Below the pieces are notes generated by a model. It was given only the letters and a program-made list of their open reading frames with translations, made no database searches and had not been told where the DNA came from. The position numbers and the translations under genes were made by a program. Below are positions 1 to 5,867 of a DNA stretch of 12,358 bases, piece by piece. Origin of the DNA: Candidatus Firestoneibacteriota bacterium (GTDB taxonomy: Bacteria > Oederibacteriota > D2-FULL-39-29 > JBDRBU01); the NCBI GenBank assembly GCA_043822305.1, contig JBDRBU010000116.1:1-12358 (forward strand). Reading direction: 5' to 3'. The first letter of the stretch is position 1. Each line of letters starts with the position of its first letter.

Positions 1-49
1 GGATGGCTAATAAAAACAAAAAAAGTAAAAAAGAAAAAGAAAAAAGTTC

Positions 50-78
50 TTGACAATTTGAAAAAAATGAGATATGCT
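50..78 (+). promoter_or_regulatory. Sigma70-type promoter
   Basis: TTGACA (50-55), 17-bp spacer, TATGCT (73-78); an overlapping TG-n-TACAAT (75-83) is also present; A-rich tract upstream could act as an UP element. Confidence 0.55.
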
Positions 79-171
79 ACAATAGAAAGAGGGCTTGAAT
101 TGGTTAAGATGTGTAGGTCAAAGATTCAGGACGGTACCAAATCTTTTAGCAAAATTTATTTTCTTTATTAA

Positions 172-200
172 ATCCTATCATATTTTTTAAATAAAGTCAA
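172..200 (-). promoter_or_regulatory. Minus-strand sigma70-type promoter facing the 50-78 promoter
   Basis: On the minus strand TTGACT (200-195), 17-bp spacer, TG-n-TAGGAT (-10 at 177-172). Confidence 0.4.
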
Positions 201-244
201 AACTAATTTTCAAAAAAAATAATAAAAATTTAATAAAAAAAACC

Positions 245-269
245 TTGACATATATATATATAGTATAAT
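245..269 (+). promoter_or_regulatory. Consensus -35/-10 pair with a (TA)6 microsatellite spacer, likely promoter of the 362-5841 operon
   Basis: TTGACA (245-250), (TA)6G (251-263, 13 bp), TATAAT (264-269); A-tract upstream. Confidence 0.55.
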
Positions 270-361
270 ACATAATATTTTATTTTTGATTTTAAAATAA
301 TTAATATTAAAGATTTAAGTAATCAGATTTCAAGGTTACAAAAATCTCAAGGAGGCGTAAA

Positions 362-1057
362 GTGTTTAGAAGAATAGTAATAGTTTTCGTAAGTATGTTT
401 CTTGTTTCGTTAGGATATAGCGAGGAAGTTACTAAAACCGATGATACCCAAAAGAAAATAGTTAAATACATGGAAGAAGTCCAGGAATATAATACGAAAC
501 AAATAAAAGATTTTTCGGCTAAACTTATTCAAAGTACTATGGGCGGTGAACCTTTGACCTCAATGTATTTTCAGAAAAATAATCCCGACGGGTCTATGTG
601 TATGAGGACGGAATCTAAAATATTTGATAAAAAAATTATTGTAATATTAAACAGCAAGGGAATGTGGAGCATTGACGGAGACAAGGCATATAAAATAGAG
701 TATATGGATAATATGAAGAAAGATGCTGGTCAAGAGATTTTTAAAAGCATTAAACCCGAAGACATTGAACAAGGTGAAAAGACATTTTCAAGGGAAGAAT
801 CAAAATATAAAGATATCCCGTGCTATTTGGTCAGTGTGAAAACTGTACTTTCTGAGGAGGCAAAAAAACTAAAAAAAGAAATGATAGATAAGTTTATGCC
901 AAAAGATATGAAAGCACTACTCAAGAATATCAATATGAATGATGTGATGCCGTTTGTGACAGAATCATATATAGGGAAAGAAGATAAGTTTATTTATAGA
1001 ACAGTATCTTACAATGAAAAGGAAAAGTCATATCAAAAACATCTTATGAAGATGTAA
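362..1057 (+). CDS. Secreted LolA-like/DUF4412-like protein; frameshifted near its 3' end (true end probably 1164)
   Basis: SD AAGGAGG at 349-355, GTG start, Sec signal peptide MFRRIVIVFVSMFLVSLGYS; beta-rich segments (MRTES, MWSIDG, IPCYLVSV, YIGKEDKFIYRTVSYN) typical of LolA-fold proteins; the expected C-terminal motif lies in another frame. Confidence 0.75.
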   Translation: MFRRIVIVFVSMFLVSLGYSEEVTKTDDTQKKIVKYMEEVQEYNTKQIKDFSAKLIQSTMGGEPLTSMYFQKNNPDGSMCMRTESKIFDKKIIVILNSKGMWSIDGDKAYKIEYMDNMKKDAGQEIFKSIKPEDIEQGEKTFSREESKYKDIPCYLVSVKTVLSEEAKKLKKEMIDKFMPKDMKALLKNINMNDVMPFVTESYIGKEDKFIYRTVSYNEKEKSYQKHLMKM

Positions 1058-1164
1058 AAATAAATGGTGGTCTAAAAGATGATTTATTTGAAGTGCCAAA
1101 GTCAATGAAAATTGAAGTAAAGAAAAATATATCAGATATGTTGAAGAATGTAAAAATTAAGTAA
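1021..1164 (+). other. Out-of-frame C-terminus of the 362 gene
   Basis: Frame starting at 1021 reads GKVISKTSYEDVKINGGLKDDLFEVPKSMKIEVKKNISDMLKNVKIK* (TAA 1162-1164). YxDVKINxGLxDDLFEVP is a typical LolA-like C-terminal motif, and the stop sits directly before the next SD. Confidence 0.8.
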
Positions 1165-1180
1165 AAAAGGAGGTGAAAAA

Positions 1181-1468
1181 GTGATGAAAAAGATAATAGT
1201 TGTTACTTGTGTTATTTTGTCATTATTAGTAATTCAAGTAGAACAGGTGAATGCATACACATATGAGGAATGTAAGAGTGCTTCAATTGACTGGCTTTGG
1301 GCACTTGCCGAAGCGGCGGCAGTTTGTTATTTGTGTGTTAGGTTTCCTACTCCTCCTGTTTGTCTTTCTTGTATTACGCTTGCTGAAAGAGCAGTTCGAC
1401 TGGAAGCGAGAGCGGATTATATATGCAGCAATGTTAATGATGAACCAGGGCCTCCTCCTTCTTCTTAA
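1181..1468 (+). CDS. Sec-exported cysteine-rich small protein (25-aa signal, 70-aa mature part with 6 Cys); candidate peptide precursor
   Basis: Strong SD AGGAGGTG at 1168-1175; GTG 1181 or ATG 1184; signal peptide KK + hydrophobic core + VNA cleavage site; mature YTYEECK...CYLC...PTPP...CLSC...YICSN...PGPPPSS. Confidence 0.85.
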   Translation: MMKKIIVVTCVILSLLVIQVEQVNAYTYEECKSASIDWLWALAEAAAVCYLCVRFPTPPVCLSCITLAERAVRLEARADYICSNVNDEPGPPPSS

Positions 1469-1509
1469 TTATTCTTATTAGAAGCAATGATGATATTTTT
1501 TGTAAATAC

Positions 1510-1562
1510 TGTAGATACTTACTGAACACCGTCATTATGGAGGTGTTTGGTGAGTATTTATA
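1510..1562 (+). other. Intra-operon RNA stem-loop (21-bp stem, 11-nt loop)
   Basis: 1510-1530 pairs with 1542-1562: 16 Watson-Crick and 5 G.U pairs, no mismatches on the + strand; no following U-tract. Confidence 0.8.
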
Positions 1563-1586
1563 AATTGATGCTAGGAGGTTAATAAT

Positions 1587-1853
1587 ATGAAAGCAATAAT
1601 GGTGACTATTATTGTCATAGTAGTTTCTATGTTATTGGGATTTTTAACAAGAAAACGTTTTAATAAAAAAAATGTAAAACGATCAAAAGGATACTTTATA
1701 TCTACGGCTATTATTTTTCTTATTGCAGTTATTACTGCGATTCAATATTTTAGAAATAAAGATTTGATGACTCTCGTTACTAGTTTATTCATGATATTTA
1801 TGACAATATGGAGTTTAATAAGCGGAATACAACTTCGTAAAAAAGGCGAATAA
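1587..1853 (+). CDS. Small membrane protein, about 3 TM helices, function unknown
   Basis: SD AGGAGG at 1573-1578; three hydrophobic stretches with a strongly basic loop (RKRFNKKNVKRSK). Confidence 0.8.
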   Translation: MKAIMVTIIVIVVSMLLGFLTRKRFNKKNVKRSKGYFISTAIIFLIAVITAIQYFRNKDLMTLVTSLFMIFMTIWSLISGIQLRKKGE

Positions 1854-1862
1854 TTTATTATT

Positions 1863-3404
1863 GTGTCTCATTATCTTTCAATACTAAGAATACAATTATT
1901 TTTTAAAACGCCCAATGAGTGCGGGGCGTTTCTTTCTATTGTTACATTTTTATTGATAGGCGTAATTCTTTATTTGAATCAAAAAAATTTGTTTGGTAAA
2001 TTATCAAAAAGTATTGTTTTGATATTAACCCTTCTGACTGTTCTGAGTGAATACCTTCTTGTTTTAACCTACTCTCGCGGTGGCTATATTGCTTTTGTTT
2101 TTACAGCTTTAATGTTTTTGTTGGCCGTGAAAAATGGCAAAGCAAAAAAACAATTAGTTCTTTTCTTAAGTGTATTTATTGTATTACTGATTCTTACACC
2201 AAAAGGGATAAGCCGAGTTGGATCAATAATTGCTTCTGATGATGCAATAGGAAACAGATTAATCCTCTGGAAAAGCGCGACAGAAATTACTTTTGACCAT
2301 TGGCTTTTTGGAACAGGTTTTCACTATTTCGGCGATACTTTCGTCGGTTGGTATCAACCGTTGGATATGTTTATTGATTATGCAAGCGCGGTTAATACTC
2401 CTTTGACGATTGGGGCTGGAGGAGGAATTTTCTTACTTTTCATATATCTTATGATAAGTTTTACCGCAATACTCGGACCAATCATGGAGAATGTAAAGAA
2501 AGAAAACGGAATAATCCTTGGTGTTGCTTTTTCTCAATTATCTTATTTTATTGCCGGTATTTCCAGCACTTTTATTCATTCCTTTTGGCTAAACATAAGT
2601 ATTGTAATTTTGTTGATAATTAGTTTTGCATATTTAATAAAATGTTGGTTTAAAAGAAAAGATAGATTAAAGGATATATTGTTAACTTTAAGGACTCCTT
2701 TTTTAATTTCTTTGATAATTTGTTTGGCTTTAATCGTTTTAGGTAGTTACTTTAATAGTGAAGCAAGCACTCACCACAAAATACTAAAGAAAATAGGCAA
2801 GAATAAAATAACTGTATATATCCTTACACCGGCAAAAGCAAAGAAAAAAGCAATAATTCTTTATACTTTTAACAATAAAAGCACATGTATTGGAAGAGAA
2901 GCAAGGAGAACTCTGCGATATCTTGCAGAAAAAGGATATATTGTCTTTACCCCGGAATTAACAGATATGGATCTTCACGGTTTGGCTGATTTAAAAGAAG
3001 TTGTTAACTTTGTTTTGGAGCAAAAGGCATATAGTGATTTTTCTGTAATACAAATGGGGCAGTCCGAAGGTGGGCAATATACTATCATTGCTGCGTCTGA
3101 AATATCAAACCCTCGTCTTAAAGCGGTTGTTTCAATAGGTGCCCCCGCAAAATGGCCATTTAAGGAAATGTCTCCTGAAAGATATATCGCAAATGTAAAG
3201 GTCCCAATTTTTTTACTGCATGGCAGTGAGGATTTGGTTTATGAAGTGGAAAACGCTTATATTCTGGAAAAATCCTGTAAAAATGCAAAGTCAAAATTGT
3301 TAGTCGTAAAAGGTGTTGCAAATTATTTGGAACCCAAAAGAAATGAAGCCATAGATGAAATTGACAAGTTTATAAATAAGGTATTAAAAAATGAAAAGAA
3401 ATAA
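1863..3404 (+). CDS. O-antigen ligase (Wzy_C/WaaL/O-OTase-like) membrane domain fused to a C-terminal alpha/beta-hydrolase domain
   Basis: Ligase-family motifs FKTPNECGAFL, LVLTYSRGG, RLILWKSA, WLFGTGFHYFG; hydrolase motifs YLAEKGYIVF, GQSEGG (S401), PIFLLHGSED (D457). Start uncertain because the GTG has no clear SD. Confidence 0.8.
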   Translation: MSHYLSILRIQLFFKTPNECGAFLSIVTFLLIGVILYLNQKNLFGKLSKSIVLILTLLTVLSEYLLVLTYSRGGYIAFVFTALMFLLAVKNGKAKKQLVLFLSVFIVLLILTPKGISRVGSIIASDDAIGNRLILWKSATEITFDHWLFGTGFHYFGDTFVGWYQPLDMFIDYASAVNTPLTIGAGGGIFLLFIYLMISFTAILGPIMENVKKENGIILGVAFSQLSYFIAGISSTFIHSFWLNISIVILLIISFAYLIKCWFKRKDRLKDILLTLRTPFLISLIICLALIVLGSYFNSEASTHHKILKKIGKNKITVYILTPAKAKKKAIILYTFNNKSTCIGREARRTLRYLAEKGYIVFTPELTDMDLHGLADLKEVVNFVLEQKAYSDFSVIQMGQSEGGQYTIIAASEISNPRLKAVVSIGAPAKWPFKEMSPERYIANVKVPIFLLHGSEDLVYEVENAYILEKSCKNAKSKLLVVKGVANYLEPKRNEAIDEIDKFINKVLKNEKK

Positions 3405-3984
3405 ACTGGAACAAAATTCAGAGTCGGGGTCGTCCCTGACCCCGACATTTAAATCTATGTTGATTGCCTTAAATATTGCTTTGTGCAGTATTGCGGTTGG
3501 ATTTCTCTTTAACTCCATAAATCCTTTAGGACTGGAGATAAAAACACCTGAAACCGTTTATAATAAAGTTATTATATTTAAAGACGGCAAAAGGATTGAC
3601 CCCGAAAAAGGAATTCTTATGTATGGTTACGCCGATGAATTGGAGTATCTCGATTTGCGTTTAGCAAGACGATATTATGACGGTGGGAAATCTGTTTTCA
3701 TTGATGCCAGAACTAAAGACGGTTTTGCGAACGGACATATAAAGGGTGCGATTTCGTTACCAGCTGGCAATTTTGAAGAAAATTATAATAATTCAAAATC
3801 TAAAATCGAGAAGGACTCTGCCTTAATCATATATTGCAGTAATCCTCTTTGTTCGTTGAGTGAGAGAGTAGCCGTACTGTTAAAACTAAAAAAACACAAG
3901 AACATTAAGGTACTCAGCAGTGGCTGGGGTGGGTGGGATGATGCGAAGTATCCGACGGAGAAGACAGGAAATGAAACGAAGTAA
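3391..3984 (+). CDS. Membrane-anchored rhodanese-domain protein with CxxxxC active-site loop
   Basis: VFIDAR, FANGHIKGAISLP, IIYCSNPLC, C-terminal GWGGW..KYPTE; N-terminal TM ending NSINPLGL; 14-bp overlap with the upstream gene. Confidence 0.9.
   Translation: MKRNKLEQNSESGSSLTPTFKSMLIALNIALCSIAVGFLFNSINPLGLEIKTPETVYNKVIIFKDGKRIDPEKGILMYGYADELEYLDLRLARRYYDGGKSVFIDARTKDGFANGHIKGAISLPAGNFEENYNNSKSKIEKDSALIIYCSNPLCSLSERVAVLLKLKKHKNIKVLSSGWGGWDDAKYPTEKTGNETK
3423..3446. repeat. Perfect 9-bp GC-rich inverted repeat (REP-like) inside the rhodanese 5' end
   Basis: GTCGGGGTC-gtccct-GACCCCGAC. Confidence 0.7.
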
Positions 3985-4414
3985 ATTATTTGAAAAATAT
4001 TTAACTAAGAATATTCTATTTGTTTTAAGATTGATAATAGGCATCTTATTCATCCTTTCAAGTTTTAATGATTTATACAATCCTGAATATTTTCGAACCT
4101 CTATATTAATGTATAAAATACTTCCTGTGATGTTGGCTTCTATTACGGCCATCGTTCTTCCATGGTTGGAATTTGTATGCGGAATATTAATTATCCTTAA
4201 TGTGCACACAAAAAGTAGTGCCTTAATATTATCCGTGATTTTGGTTGCTTTCATCGGTGCTATCTCGTTAAATCTGGTAAGAGGATATATTCACGATTGC
4301 GGATGTTTTAATATTTTCGGGTTTAAAGAGAATATCAGTATTTTCGTCGTTATCAGAGATATTGTGTTGTTGTGCTTTACGGTCGTATTAAGTATAAAGG
4401 GGGAGAAAAAATGA
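3971..4414 (+). CDS. MauE/DoxX-family redox-associated membrane protein (147 aa)
   Basis: LRLIIGILF, P..F..SI..Y..LP, LPWLEFVCG, DCGCF, RD motifs. ATG 3971 is preferred over the track start 3920, which would add an implausible leader overlapping the rhodanese. Confidence 0.88.
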   Translation: MKRSKLFEKYLTKNILFVLRLIIGILFILSSFNDLYNPEYFRTSILMYKILPVMLASITAIVLPWLEFVCGILIILNVHTKSSALILSVILVAFIGAISLNLVRGYIHDCGCFNIFGFKENISIFVVIRDIVLLCFTVVLSIKGEKK

Positions 4415-5841
4415 TAAAGAAAACTCTTATTTTAGTGTTATTAAATATAATAGTTGCTATTGGTTCTGATGATTTTACGGCAAAATACGGGCAATATGTG
4501 ATTGATACTGATTTTCCGAACAACAGGAAGGTTGTTGTGTATTATGCTGTCCCGATAAGAGGCGACAGAGTTCTTTCACTAATCGCGAGCAATATGGTTT
4601 TCTGTGCTCCATATGTGGGAGAGACAGAGTTTTTTAAAAGAAATTTTAATAACTATTTTGTGAAAAAACTTGGTTGTAGTGTGTTTTCTTTTGAGTTTAA
4701 ATATACTGAGGAGAATGCAGGAGACAGAAAAAAGTGGTATTATTTTAAAGAATCAGGTTGGCACGATTTAGCCCTGGAAGTTCAGAATAAATTGATACAT
4801 GATTATGGGCTTGAGAGAAGGAAAATAATTGTTGTAGGAGAGTCCGGCGGAGCAAGTATGGGACAGCAAATGGGTATATACTATCCGGACAAAATTGAGG
4901 CCGTGGCTGGTATTGGTGGTGGTTACTTTGACGAACCAAAAGTTAAATCTAATGTTGCCTGGTTGATGATAAACACCTGGGGGGATATCGCCATGGTTAA
5001 AAATGACGAATTTTGTAGAAACGCCGATGCTTTAGGTATGCAAGTTTTAAGAATACTCACACCACCCGTCTGGGACAAAAAAGGCGATGATAATTTTCAT
5101 CATATACCAAGCAATCTTGCGGAAAAATATGTCTTTGAATTTGTAAAAGGGATACTTGATTTAAGAAAGTATAATGGCGGAAAAGTCCCAATGTGTGAAA
5201 AGTGGCCGGTGAAGTATTCTTCCGAAGATAAAATCTTGTATTTCCCTTCGGAAGATTTTAAGAGGACATGGGAAAAACTGCCGCATAAATTTATAAGAGC
5301 GATGCTGAAGCCGTCTGAGAATAATGAAGTGGTGGAGTTTCCGGCTAAAGACGCTAAAAAGATAGTATTATTTTTACAGGATAAGAAGTTTTATTCCACC
5401 GTGCTTTTGGATAATGTCTATTATCTGCATGAACTCGGATATGATGTGGTTACCATAGATATTGAAATGGATATATATGATGTTTGTAAAAAAAGAATTA
5501 TTAAGGCACTACAATATTCTGTTGAGAAGTCGAAGAAAGAAGGCAAAGAACTTTATGCCGTTGGTTTTTGGGAGTCTGGGCTTACGCTTTTAAGTGAAGT
5601 GAGCAAGTTAAAGAAGTCCGAAGTTAAAAAAATCCTTATCTTTAATCCTCAAAGAAATTTATATTCGGAAGCGGTTAATGATTTTCCTTCGGGTTGTGAG
5701 TGTAATATATATTACACAAAAGATTATTGGGATGATAAGCCGATTACAGATAAAACCTGGTGTAAAGAAAAGGATTTGCACACAAAAAGTGATTTTGGAT
5801 ATAATTGGTTTAATTTTCTTAAAAACCAGATAAATAATTAA
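4411..5841 (+). CDS. Secreted protein with an alpha/beta-hydrolase domain and a second, degenerate hydrolase-like domain (476 aa)
   Basis: SD GGGGAG before ATG 4411, ATGA overlap with the MauE stop; signal-like MIKKTLILVLLNIIVAIG; VVGESGGA nucleophile elbow, INTWGD, FHHIP; second domain LHELGYDVVTID...YAVGFWESG. Confidence 0.8.
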   Translation: MIKKTLILVLLNIIVAIGSDDFTAKYGQYVIDTDFPNNRKVVVYYAVPIRGDRVLSLIASNMVFCAPYVGETEFFKRNFNNYFVKKLGCSVFSFEFKYTEENAGDRKKWYYFKESGWHDLALEVQNKLIHDYGLERRKIIVVGESGGASMGQQMGIYYPDKIEAVAGIGGGYFDEPKVKSNVAWLMINTWGDIAMVKNDEFCRNADALGMQVLRILTPPVWDKKGDDNFHHIPSNLAEKYVFEFVKGILDLRKYNGGKVPMCEKWPVKYSSEDKILYFPSEDFKRTWEKLPHKFIRAMLKPSENNEVVEFPAKDAKKIVLFLQDKKFYSTVLLDNVYYLHELGYDVVTIDIEMDIYDVCKKRIIKALQYSVEKSKKEGKELYAVGFWESGLTLLSEVSKLKKSEVKKILIFNPQRNLYSEAVNDFPSGCECNIYYTKDYWDDKPITDKTWCKEKDLHTKSDFGYNWFNFLKNQINN

Positions 5842-5867
5842 TAATTAAATAAATATGGTGTCTGTCC

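Noticed and set aside
1325..1372. CxxC motifs as c-type heme sites or a radical-SAM (sactipeptide) precursor
   Set aside because: Neither CxxC is followed by His; the peptide has a Sec signal and no radical SAM, LanM or YcaO gene is in the window
1251..1481. 76-aa alternative-frame ORF over the peptide gene
   Set aside because: No SD; it overlaps an ORF that has a strong SD, a signal peptide and an ordered Cys pattern
1510..1570. Hairpin as a classical intrinsic terminator
   Set aside because: No U-tract follows it on the + strand and the stem is long and AU/GU-rich; kept as a structural element instead
3920..3970. Track start of the MauE ORF (and 4372 for the hydrolase, 8972 for glyS)
   Set aside because: Downstream ATGs at 3971, 4411 and 9008 give short overlaps, better SD context and family-typical N-termini
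3886..4254. 122-aa minus-strand ORF
   Set aside because: Antisense shadow of the rhodanese and MauE genes with no recognisable motifs
4745..4939. 64-aa minus-strand ORF
   Set aside because: Antisense to the catalytic region of the hydrolase; no independent support
1863..5841. Compositional evidence that the accessory operon is horizontally acquired
   Set aside because: It looks slightly richer in CG-containing codons than glyQS by eye, but I could not compute this and no integrase or tRNA boundary is visible
5836..5867. Bidirectional terminator between the convergent genes
   Set aside because: Only an AT-only palindrome (TAATTAATAATTA) is present, with no GC stem
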